Assembly (NCBI GenBank): GCA_018398765.1 | Contig: JAHBMJ010000400.1 | Location: forward strand, 1 to 48,673 | DNA length: 48,673 nucleotides | Reading direction: 5' to 3' | Origin: Chromera velia | Lineage: Eukaryota | Part shown: in pieces, positions 12,801 to 22,844 of the stretch | How the letters are laid out: each line of letters begins with the position of its first letter | Numbering within the stretch: position 1 is the stretch's first letter | Position numbers and translations under genes: made by a program | The notes under the pieces: generated by a model | What the model saw: the letters and a program-made list of their open reading frames with translations, nothing else | The model's database searches: none | What the model was told of the DNA's origin: nothing

Positions 12801-12898
12801 TGTGGTGCAGAGGAAGGGGCACTCCTCTGCTTCACAAACGCTGACAGGCTGTGTACTTCTTGCTTAAGTATATCCAACCTTTGGAGTGGGTCAGACAT
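6884..12898 (-). pseudogene. gag-pol: gag-pol polyprotein, inactivated by stops, frameshifts and a nested insertion
   Basis: Degenerate Zn knuckle RFVCWKTGHRADRC; protease VLLDSGA; RT MCINYRALN...FA*IDDILVYS; RNase H LFTDA...NYPIREKELLAVV; integrase GLLQPL...MDWITALP...IVSDQD; chromodomain EYEVEKVIDKR...YYLV/HWRG...SWEP, stop at 6884. Confidence 0.95.
7000..8014. mobile_element. Non-autonomous DNA transposon (9-bp TSD; Mutator- or Merlin-like) nested in the Gypsy chromodomain
   Basis: Perfect 15-bp TIR CTAGGGGGCCGCACT at 7000-7014 and 8000-8014. TSD GCACCAAGT at 6991-6999 and 8015-8023. Internal GCCCAAC/GTTGGGC repeats. Removing it restores the chromodomain frame. Confidence 0.92.
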
Positions 12899-12963
12899 GA
12901 CTGTTGTTCCGACTGAACAACACGTTGATTTTGATAGAAACTCTGTACGTGGCCATTGATCTC

Positions 12964-12982
12964 AACCACGCCTCTGCTACCG
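12964..12982 (-). other. Primer-binding site complementary to initiator tRNA-Met
   Basis: Plus strand AACCACGCCTCTGCTACCG matches the ...TCTGCTACCA 3' end of eukaryotic tRNAiMet with one terminal mismatch, 1 nt from the 5' LTR. Confidence 0.85.
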
Positions 12983-12983
12983 T

Positions 12984-13296
12984 TGTTATAGATATTACTA
13001 CAAACGAATAACGAGGCTTATAAACTTAAGACAAAGAAATCTGCCAGTTCAGTCTTGGTCTGTTTACTTCGTACATTGAAAACTCATACAACAATCTGGC
13101 TGTGACGTCATCAAACAACATTTAGTCTGCTACATAACAGCATGCAGCCTTTCCAATTTTAGTGGTAGCTAGGCATAGAGCGGTCCCATGACTGAGCCTT
13201 GAGGCCGGGCTGCACGCACTACGTGCTATCCACAAAAAATGCGTCCGCGCCGCCACTACTTCATACGTGATTGAGATTCTTCATACAAGTGCTACA
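12984..13296 (-). repeat. 5' LTR of Gypsy element (313 bp)
   Basis: TG...CA, adjacent to the PBS; carries 20 extra bp bounded by a TTCATAC direct repeat. Confidence 0.95.
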
Positions 13297-13391
13297 CTTT
13301 AATTTAGGCTTTAAAGTAATATACTGCGTACACTTAAATTTTATAATTTTGTGACGGATGTGATTCGGAATTTATTTTTTTAAAAAAAAAA

Positions 13392-13653
13392 AGTTTTCAG
13401 ATGCATGCTGGGGGCCCCCCCAACATGTTGGGGAAGGGGCGTTGGCACTCCACTTCCACGCCCAACGACTTTCCGGGGTCCGGATCAATTTGTTCGAAAT
13501 TCAGATTCAGATCTGATGAAATTCAGTCTGTCAGATCTGAATCTAAATTTCGAACAAATTGAATCGGGCCCCGGAAAGTCGTTGGGCATGCAAGTGAAGT
13601 GCCGGGGCCCCTTCTCCAACATGTTGGGGGCCCCCAGCATACATTTCAAAACT
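13392..13653. mobile_element. Palindromic foldback/MITE-like element (~260 bp)
   Basis: Left arm AGTTTTCAGATGCATGCTGGGGGCCCC...AGATTCAGATCTGA is an imperfect reverse complement of the right arm over ~125 bp. No clear TSD. Confidence 0.8.
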
Positions 13654-14047
13654 GATGATTGAGGTTTTTGTTATGCATGCCGCGTCCCCGTGTATGAGGG
13701 GCGGATCTAGCCTAGTCTGTCAAAAGGTTCCGGTTTGTCCCGTCTGTTCTGAATCTAGGAACACTGCTCATTGATCACTTTTACTGCGGCTTATTTCTCA
13801 AGCGGCGGTAGAGTAGAACTTGGAGAATAACGAAAAGAGGAGAGAGGCAGGGCAAAAACTTTCTAAAAGTTTGTCCCCTTAATAAAGGCTACCCTTTGAC
13901 GGCAGAGAACAACTTCAAAGAGACCCCCCCCATTAATTTGCCCCTCATTTTCTCAACCTTCTTTTGTTCCTTTCCTTTCATGCGCTTGCCCCCCCCCTTT
14001 TTTCCCCTTCTTGTTTGTATACAAAGAATCAATTACAAAAGGATCGC

Positions 14048-14515
14048 TTAGTTTGCGCCCTCCGAATCGAAAGACTCGGAAAACGCTGCGACCTCCCTAC
14101 CGAGAAGGCACTCAAGCTGGAAGGGCCCTCTGGTTCCCCTCCTGCTGTGAATTGAACAAAGAAGATTTGCGGCAACGAAATGCTGTAGCGTGCAGGAAAG
14201 AACTTTATAATACCGGTCCATCAGCCTTGTCTGCACTGCTTCGTCTCCCTCTCCTCCTCTCACTCTTCCAGCCCCCAACTTCGCTATCTCTTTCAAAAAA
14301 CGAATTGTCCCCTCTCTTGGTCTCCCATATGTCTCAAACACAAGAAGAACAAACCGAAATCCAATTTCATGACAGATCTCACCGTACCTGTCGTTTTTGA
14401 CCTTCTCCATCGCCTTTGCTGCCGACCTTGCTGTTTTTGCGAATCTTCGCAGGCGGTTGGCATCAATTGAGAATGGATGGGTCACTGCGACGTCTCCTAG
14501 TACGGTGTCTCCTGA
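14048..14515 (-). mobile_element. 5'-truncated non-LTR retrotransposon; restriction-like endonuclease (RLE) C-terminus, CRE/NeSL/R2-type
   Basis: Translation GDVAVTHPFS...AAKAMEKVKNDRYGEIC...FRFVLLVFETYGR matches the D..THP / E..K...Y / F.P..ETFG pattern of RLE domains. A 3' UTR probably extends toward ~13700. Confidence 0.75.
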
Positions 14516-15134
14516 TAGGATAAAAACTTATTTTTTTTTGTCCGAAATTAATCCGAATCAAGTGTGCTGTGCAAATTTCAGCTGAACGCGGTATAGTTGG
14601 AATCTCCTCTACAAATACGCATATTAGCCACCTTCCATCCCCTCTCTTTGGATGAGAGCGAACTAGAGAGAAGGGCTATCGGGGGGATATCGAACGAATC
14701 CAGAAATTTAAGTCGTCTATAACTCCTGCATGTTGCCGTCAACCTCAGATAACCTGTCGGGCCAAACAAACCCGGGCTGTGGAGCACCATCAAACGTCGT
14801 GGCCCGGGACCAGCTTGCTTGTGGGGCACTTATCTATTGCAGTGCATGCAGGGCTTCAATGCAAATTTCTTACTTGCGAGCCAACGCGTGCGGGCGTGCA
14901 AATTGCATGCGCTGTAAGATTGTCTGCATGACCTGCTTATATCCTGCTTATATACACGAATGATCAGTTGTGCAAAACCGTTTCTCCTCACCTTCTGTCC
15001 GTCCATTCATGATTACATTAAAGACCGCTCCTTCGACGTACATATATGTATTTTCTTCTGGCCTGAGGTAAAAGTTTATTTCCAAAGTCTTTCATTCAAA
15101 CAAGAAGACAAAGGTTGATTGCTTCCGGGCAAGC

Positions 15135-15862
15135 ATGGGAATTCTGTTGACAGCGCTCGTTACGCTTCTTTCTACTATTTACTCTCACACACTTCTGCCT
15201 GAGTGCTCATTGAAGGCACCCGAGTGGATGACAGCAAAGTTTGCACAGACCTGTCCCCAAGCCAGGGCTCTTTTTGGGAGTAGCCATCCTGAAAGTCCTG
15301 TAGAGTACGAGTTCCCTGTAGTTGGCATCAATAGCAAAGGCATGCTCATGTATGGAAACCAGGAACTGGGTATCGTTGCCTCCTTCTACTACAACACTCC
15401 TCAGGTTATTGGCCTTGGTGCGAAGGGCACCTTTCCTGACTCCATACCGGGGCTCTGGGTCTTCCATCAGGTTGAACATGAGAGAGCCCCCCCCAATATC
15501 CTTGCAATTCTTCAAGCCGACAGGGTGCGCTTCAGCTTCATGCCCCCAAATCGTGCCAAGTGGTTCATCTGTGGGGAGGAGAAGGAGATTGACTTCCACT
15601 GCGAAGGTTGGTATGGTGTGTCTGTCTTTTGAAAATTGTTCTGCGCAATGTTCGAATCCACTGTCATGGTTTCATGAAAGCTTTTCCTTTGTGCTTTCTG
15701 CAGTGAAAAGGGACGAGGCAGTATTCCACCCGCGGGAGCTTGAAAGTATACCCGGGGCTGCGAAGGGAAGGGAACCACACTTTTATGGGGAACGCCTAAG
15801 CTGCGGGCCAAAGGAAAGCTTACCGGTAGGTTTGTCGGACGGTCGAAGGGTCAGTTAGTCAT

Positions 15863-15895
<33 letters not shown>

Positions 15896-16370
15896 CAAGC
15901 AAGCACCCAGGCACCCAGTCAGTGAGTCACTTTGCATTTCTCTTTCTCCGTACATCAAGTCTCTTTGCCCTCTTCCTTCCTTCCTTCCTTCCTTCGTTCC
16001 TTCCTTCCTTCCTTCTTTCCTTCCTTCCTTCCACCCACCCATGCAGCCTTCCGTCCGTCGGTCCAACCACCCGTCTTTCTCCCCCTCGTTTGAGTCTCTG
16101 TCAGAGGCCATAAAACTTTGTGTACTCGGAAGTGCGCGAGCTTATATTGTCATGAAGACATTCACGCAACCGCTTTTGCCGTGTGCTCCCACAGGTGGAG
16201 AATGGCCAAAGAGGCGCTGGGGCCCTGCCGCACCAAGACCCACACGAGAGAATTGGAGGTCAGTGCAATGCATTGTCTGTGACATCCATAATTCTATTCC
16301 TCTCAGAGTTTTCTTGAGCTTTGACTCTTTGCTGGAGAGGGAATGGAAGAGGCCCGTACCAGAAAGATAA
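15135..16370 (+). CDS. Secreted hypothetical protein, multi-exon (exon 1 15135-15607, exon 2 from 15704; later exons near 16195-16258 and 16306-16370 uncertain)
   Basis: ATG followed by signal-peptide-like MGILLTALVTLLSTIYS. Phase-1 splice GAAG/gttggt...ctgcag/TG continues VKRDEAVFHPRELES. Confidence 0.55.
15860..16035. repeat. (GGCA)n and (TTCC)n intronic microsatellites
   Basis: Directly visible. Confidence 0.9.
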
Positions 16371-17451
16371 GCATCAGGCTGGAAACGGGAAAAGAAACCG
16401 GGGAGTGGGAGAGTGGGCGGGAGGGAGAAAAATGCAAATCGAAAAAACTTTTTGTCAAGACAAGCGTGTCAATTCGCGACCACCACTCCACCTGCTGGCT
16501 GGTGAGAGTCTAGGTGTAACGCGCTTGGATCCATCAGTGTCATTTTAAAAGACGCTGGTCGACATGTTATTGCTCTCCTCATGCCGTTGGTCTCTTTCCC
16601 GATTCAACCAGCTCACGTGCAGCACCTGAGTTCGACCTCGAGCTATACGTTCAGGCTTCTCTTCTGGCAGACAACGATTGGTCTGGTACCGTTACTCCGA
16701 ACGATGTTGTCAGGTCGGCATGGGGGGAAGGGAGAATGCATGAAGGATTTGATTGAGGACGGCAGGACTTAGTGAATAAACATAGACGAAAGCTTGCTGC
16801 ATGGTCTCCTTTTCTATTTTTTGTACGGGCATTCTGTTCGCGATCGATCGCCACAATTCGCATGCACTAGCTGGATGCACTCAATGTCAATCAACCTCCT
16901 GATGTGACGCAGATTCACCGTCACAGCAACCAACACGGGAAGTTCGGATCTGACGGGTGTCTCTTTGAGGAACAGCCGGGATGGGACGTCAATCTCCTCC
17001 AATATTATCTCGGTCAATAAGGCTTAGCCAGTAAATCAGCAAACTGACTTGAATATCTAGTCAGTTTACACCAAGATAAATCACCAAATCAGCCTGTCAA
17101 ACAGTCTCTCAGTCATCCAGAAGCCTTAGGCGATCTGCTATGAGTATGCATATACTATTCTGTGCGCGCATGTGTGTGAATGCAGCTGGCCTCCCTCCTG
17201 ATGTATATGGACGTGACCATTTCTCAGGCACATGCCGACGTCAGCAGTCTGTCTCTTGAGGGCATCGCAGTAGCTCTACAGAGCCAGATCAGTGCAGGGT
17301 GGTTGACGAAGACAACAACTGTGGTCGTGTCCCAAGGTCAGCTCTAAGTCTTTCAAGAGGTTTCATTTGTATCCCCATGCTAGTGTGATTGTCTGCTTGT
17401 GCCCCCAGAGCAAACCATGGGATGGCAATGCTACATAGTATTCCCTGTCAA

Positions 17452-17490
<39 letters not shown>

Positions 17491-17825
17491 CTCTCTCTCT
17501 CTCTCGCTCGCTCGCTCGCTCGCTCGCTCGTGTTTTTCATTTTTGAATGCTTTCCTGTACATGCAGTGTTTTTGCTTTAAAATTTTAGCTTGGGATTCTA
17601 AGTCTCTCTTCCTGTAAAAGGAGATGGCCCTACACCCTTGTCTATACACATATATGTGCAGGAACACGCAACCGTTACTTCTGCCCATCCGAGTGGAATT
17701 TGTTCTATCCAGGGAGAGGAGAGAACTCCTTCTTCGATCCCTCGGGCTCACTCCCTACTGCAAAAAGACTGTCTCCGCTTTCTGCCTTCTTCCGAGTCGC
17801 CATCCCCCTCTGCATCATTTTCTTC

Positions 17826-20069
17826 ATGACAAGCATGGCACCGTCACTCACTCCTCAGCCGGAGATGACAACAGAACCTACCCGGCTAGCTGCCCGGCCT
17901 GCTCTTCTCCGATGTGGCCGCAAGGTCCTCAAACAATTGCAGAAACAGAAACAGAGGCAGCGGGACCCTCCAAAGAAACGCCCATCGATCGAAAGCCGTC
18001 TGCGCTGCTCACGGTCTACATCCATACAGATTTCCGACTCCTGGCTAAGCCCTCTTGAGGAGGTCTGTGGACCTCAGCCTCTTCCGATGAGAGCACACAA
18101 CCCCTTGGTCACCTGCCGTGTTCCTCGTGTATGCGCACCTGAGAATGTTGGGCGACCATCTCCACTTCTCCCCCCGGGGCTTGCCCATTTCCCTCCTCGA
18201 GTTGAACGACCACGAATGCCCTTCATCTCGTCACATGGACAGGCAAGCGCTGAACTGCTGTTGCAGAAATCAAGTTCTGCTCTCTCTGTCTCTTCGGGCT
18301 TCGGCTTCCCGGCAGAGCACTCAAGCTCTGAAGGTGTTGCTCCCTCCGTCCATCCTTCAGCAAAGCACTCAAGCTCTGAAGGTGTTGCTCCCTCCGTCCT
18401 TCCTTCAGCAGAGCCGTCAAGCTCTGAAAGTGTCGCCCCCTCCGTCCATCCTTCAGCAGAGCCGTCAAGCTCTGAAGGTGTCGCTCCTTCCGTCCTTCCT
18501 TCAGCAGAGCACTCAAGCTCTGAAGGTGTCACTCCCTCCGTCCTTCCTTCAGCAGAGCACTCAAGCTTTGAAGGTGTCGCTCCCTCCGTCTATCCTTCAG
18601 CAGAGCACTCAAGCTCTGAAGGTGTCGCTCCCTCCGTCCATCTTTTAGCAGAGCACTCAAGCTCTGAAGGTGTCGCTCCCTCCGTCCTTCCTTCAGCAGA
18701 GCACTCAAGCTCTGAAGGTGTCGCTCTCTCCGTCCTTCCTTCAGCAGAGCACTCAAGCTTTGAAGGTGTTGCTCCCTCCGTCCATCCTTCAGCAGAGTAC
18801 TCAAGCTCTGAAGGTGTCGCTCCCTCCGTCCTTCCTTCAGCAGAGCAGTCATTGACAAGCTCTGAAGATGTTGCCCCCTCCGTCCTTCCTTCAGCAGAGA
18901 ACTCAAGATTTCTGCTGGCTGAATCGGATGGTTTCGGTTTCAGGTTCCGAAGGGAGGACTCATACTCTCAGTCGGCTGACACCTTCAGCAATCATCCCCC
19001 AGGTCGTATCCTTGCCCCGCCTCCAGGCTTTTCAGAGGATTCTCAGACTAGCTCTGTGGTTGCCTCCCCTCCGGGGGCTGGGTTCGATCTGAATTCTCCC
19101 CCCACTCAGTCACTTGCCCCCTGGACGCCTAGTGAATTGGAGTCTTTGGTTGATGGAGGCGATCTGAATATCCTTTTCGCTTCAATGGGTCTGGGTCTCA
19201 GAGGGAGGATCGGCAGCGGGGGTGGTGGATGTGTGGTGAGAGTTGAAGTGATTGACTCAAGGGAGGTTTCCCCCCTTTCGAAAAGAAGCATGAGTCCCTC
19301 TCCAGAGAACGGGACTCTCTTAACAGTCAAGTTGTCTGGACTGTTTGAACTGTGGGCAAAAGAGAGGAGGGCATTGGAGGAAGGTTCCCACCTCCTTGAA
19401 AGGGACTGTGTGGTATTCTTGTGCGGCGGCTGCTATGACCTTGGGGGACGTCCCATTTTCCTGCTCGTTTGTGAGTTCTGTGAGGGAGGGGACCTCTCAC
19501 AGTTCATTACAGAAAGCTTCCCTCCGTCTCCAGGTGTGATGCGCGAGACGGAGCTCGCCAAAGAGGTCGCCTTCCTCGTGCATCGCGCTCAACTTCTGCA
19601 CGTGGTCCACAAGGACTTAAAAACAGGAAACCTTTTCGTGCGGGGATCGGGAGAGCTCTGTTGGGGTGATGTGTTAGAGTTAGAGCGCCTTCCTGAAGAC
19701 CCCTCTGCAAGCGTAACCCTCTCCGGAAGTATGTTCACTCCCGGTGCGTGTGTTCCATGGCTGGCGGATTTGTTGGGGAGTGACCGACCATCCATCCAGG
19801 TTGCTGCAGACAGGCTTCTCACAGCAGACCGATGGTCGCTGGGAATGACGTTGGTCTCAATGTTGATCCTCTTCAGGAGACTCTGGCACTTTTCGGTGCA
19901 GGGTTGGGGGTGGACATTTGACCATGAGGCGGTGAAAGATTTTGCAGACGTCTGTCGCCAGTGGAGGGAGCTGGCGGCCTGTAGGAGGGCGTCGTGGAGA
20001 CTGCGGACGGAGGCCCACTCGTTGACGAAGCACCCTCTTCTGCCTGTCATTAGAGCACTCCTGCGATAG
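17826..20069 (+). CDS. Intronless divergent protein kinase with low-complexity and tandem-repeat N-terminus
   Basis: GRIGSGGGGCV glycine loop, LTVK, KERRALE, CEFCEGGDL, VVHKDLKTGNLFV, GDVLE (DFG position), ADRWSLG. First in-frame ATG at 17826; the frame stays open after the TAG to 20378. Confidence 0.8.
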   Translation: MTSMAPSLTPQPEMTTEPTRLAARPALLRCGRKVLKQLQKQKQRQRDPPKKRPSIESRLRCSRSTSIQISDSWLSPLEEVCGPQPLPMRAHNPLVTCRVPRVCAPENVGRPSPLLPPGLAHFPPRVERPRMPFISSHGQASAELLLQKSSSALSVSSGFGFPAEHSSSEGVAPSVHPSAKHSSSEGVAPSVLPSAEPSSSESVAPSVHPSAEPSSSEGVAPSVLPSAEHSSSEGVTPSVLPSAEHSSFEGVAPSVYPSAEHSSSEGVAPSVHLLAEHSSSEGVAPSVLPSAEHSSSEGVALSVLPSAEHSSFEGVAPSVHPSAEYSSSEGVAPSVLPSAEQSLTSSEDVAPSVLPSAENSRFLLAESDGFGFRFRREDSYSQSADTFSNHPPGRILAPPPGFSEDSQTSSVVASPPGAGFDLNSPPTQSLAPWTPSELESLVDGGDLNILFASMGLGLRGRIGSGGGGCVVRVEVIDSREVSPLSKRSMSPSPENGTLLTVKLSGLFELWAKERRALEEGSHLLERDCVVFLCGGCYDLGGRPIFLLVCEFCEGGDLSQFITESFPPSPGVMRETELAKEVAFLVHRAQLLHVVHKDLKTGNLFVRGSGELCWGDVLELERLPEDPSASVTLSGSMFTPGACVPWLADLLGSDRPSIQVAADRLLTADRWSLGMTLVSMLILFRRLWHFSVQGWGWTFDHEAVKDFADVCRQWRELAACRRASWRLRTEAHSLTKHPLLPVIRALLR
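18312..18905 (+). repeat. Coding minisatellite: ~12 copies of 48 bp encoding AEHSSSEGVAPSV(H/L)PS
   Basis: Unit GCAGAGCACTCAAGCTCTGAAGGTGTYGCTCCCTCCGTCCWTCCTTCA, read directly. Confidence 0.97.
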
Positions 20070-21671
20070 CAAGGCCCTCTTCAGATCCCAGGCGCCATCG
20101 CTTTGCTTGACCCCTCTATGATCAATTACACTGCGCCAAGTCCCCTGCAACCGCCAATCATTGAACAGTCTGAAGCTTTCGCTTCTGCAGCCCTCTCTGC
20201 TTCAGGCCCCCTTTTTGTAATGCCTTTCATGGACTGTGAGACAAAACACCATAACGCAAGTGGCTTGGAGCCTTCTACCTCTGCTTCTATACAGATGAGG
20301 CCCCCCCTGCGAAACACAGCTTTTGCAAGAGTGGCTGAGGCCCAGCGTCGATTTCAAGGAGTCTGGCAAGGAGTCTAAATTTTTAAAAAATGTACAAAGC
20401 CCATTTACTGTCATTTTACTGTCTTCGTAATTAAATTCTGACTGATATTCAATGATGTTTCAATCCTATGTTTGTTTCCATCGTTTACGTTTTTGCCGCT
20501 CCTGTGGAAAGTATAGGTAGCATATAGTATATGGTAGTTCTATCATTTTAATTAATTATGATGATATATAAATTGTGACATAACATAAACTAATGTACGT
20601 GAAATATAGGCTACTAAGAGATCATAGCCTAATTTCTAAATTTACATACTATTTTTAGAAGATCATCTAGATTCTCGAGATCCATTTTGAATTTTTAATA
20701 CTACTAAAGCTAGTATGTTTTCATTGAATCTGTTGTTTTTTCGAAAAAAAGTTTTAGTCAATTTCTTTATTGATTATTTATATATTTCAAAGTGCATTTT
20801 TTTAATACTTTCATAGGCTATAGTCTGTATTATTCTGTATGATGATACTATGATCAATGCATGATAACTCAAATGTGTTTCATACTTTTAAAACTTTTTT
20901 TAAATATGGTTAAAATAATGCAAACTATACTCTACGCCGGCTGACATCACATAAGGCAAATTATTTGGTAACGTTTGAATTACTTTTATTCATTGGACAA
21001 TTGTTGATATGCACATAGGGTTGAATTCTATATAAGAATTTGTTCAGACAGTAGCCCAAAACCGTGTGGCATAATTCATATAAGTCAATTTGGCATACTT
21101 TTTGAAGTAATCGAAAGAAATCAAACAAATAGGGCATCTCAATGGCAAGCAGTGCTCCCTTAGCAGAGAAATTGCGTGGCTTAAAGTCGTTCCGTGGGGA
21201 GGAGGCCAGTTCTTCAGGAATGCTACTCGACGACTTCGCCGGACAGTCTCCTCAAAAGCAGCTGCTTTAATATGATTTTTCAGTGCATGGCATTTGTTTA
21301 CTTACTCAGAAATGTCCACCGTGGAGTAGAATGCCCCAACCAGATTGAGCAACCCGAATCCTCCCTAGAACCGGTTGTTCCATACGGCGACAGTCACTCT
21401 CTCTTTCATCTCGTCTCAAATTGAATCAAGAAAAGAGAGAGAAACAGAGATGGAGAGGGAGAAAGAAAGAGAGAGAGAGAAGCAAGAAAAGAGAAATACA
21501 GATGAAGGTAAGCACGTGAAAAAAGGGAAACGGAAACGCATTCATACACGTGCTTAGACACTGAGTCAGTGAATCTCTTGCAGGCATCCACGCTTATACT
21601 ATGACACCACTAATTGACTTAGTTTACGTTCTCTTTCTTTCTCTCATTCTACCGCAGTATCACCCACTTAC

Positions 21672-22749
21672 TTTCTTATATTCATTCATGCTCATACAGT
21701 TCACGAAGAAAAGGTATAAGACGGAGGTCTGACTGGTATCCAGTTCTTTTCTGAAAATGTTTTCGCTCGATCTGTGCTCTGCGTGCTGGAATAGAAAAGG
21801 GACGGGGCCAAACAAACAAACAAAAATCAAAGTGGATCCGCTGAGGTCCATCCCCACCTAGTGGCATCCAACTCTCTGATAATCAACGATCGCTCTCCTT
21901 CCTGCAAGTACAAAAACTAAAGAGTAAAAGATCGAAGATCAGAAACCTTTGACTAAGTGCATAATTAGGTGAAAGACTAAGAGAGAGCTTGTAATCGTCC
22001 GTTGATCTATCTCTGCGTATTTGTCAGTTCTTTCCTCCATCCCTCCCTCTCTCTCTCTCTGTGTGCGTATGTTGTTTCTATATATTGCATGGCATCTGTC
22101 TACACCAGTGGTATACTCACAGTCTGCCACTGCCAGACGAGCAGATACCAGTAAGAAGGGGAAAGCGCATGAGTGCGGACCCGACCTTACTAGGCTCGAG
22201 TCACACTATCGCACCTTTGCTAGCTGCTCCTTTGTCTGTATTTGGTCCCCCGATAAGTGCAAAGAGACTGACGTACCTCGCTTTCCTCTTGAGCCTCACG
22301 CCCCAGGTTGAGCAGCGTCTCCTGCTGCATGTGGGAGGCTTTGGCAAACTCTTCCGGTGAGAATGCTGCAGCATGCACCCAAACGAAGACCAACATCTCG
22401 ACGACAATCAGGTAGTTGTTGATTGCCAAACACAGTTGCATGCATGACAATGCGACAGCTAAAAGGTGAGGAATTCATACATGGGAGGAAGGTAGAAATC
22501 AGAGAGAGGCAGGGAAGAAGAAGAAAGGAACCACGCACAAAACAAAAGCAAAAGAAGAAGCTTGAGAAAAACACCAAGTGAAAGAAAGGCACATAAGCAG
22601 GGAGAAAAACTGTGTGCAGGTAGAAAGATTGGGTGTACCTCCGCGCGAATGTATGCATGCGTACGCACATACACACACATACACACACACACATACACAC
22701 ATAGTACACACACACACACATACACAGTGTCACACGCGCACACACATAC

Positions 22750-22782
<33 letters not shown>

Positions 22783-22811
22783 TAGACACTAGGATAGACA
22801 GACAGACAGAC

Positions 22812-22844
<33 letters not shown>

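Larger units (their letters stand above)
6055..13296 (-). mobile_element. Full-length decayed Ty3/Gypsy chromovirus LTR retrotransposon
   Basis: Direct LTRs 6055-6347 and 12984-13296, both TG...CA. 5-bp TSD CTTTA at 6050-6054 and 13297-13301. PBS, PPT and domain order gag-PR-RT-RH-IN-chromo on the minus strand. Confidence 0.97.

Noticed and set aside
12964..12982. tRNA-Met gene fragment (also 43339-43348)
   Set aside because: Only the tRNA 3' end is present, next to an LTR, so these are primer-binding sites.
18312..18905. 48-bp repeat array as a possible CRISPR
   Set aside because: Units are contiguous with no unique spacers, keep the reading frame, lie in a eukaryotic kinase gene, and there are no cas genes.
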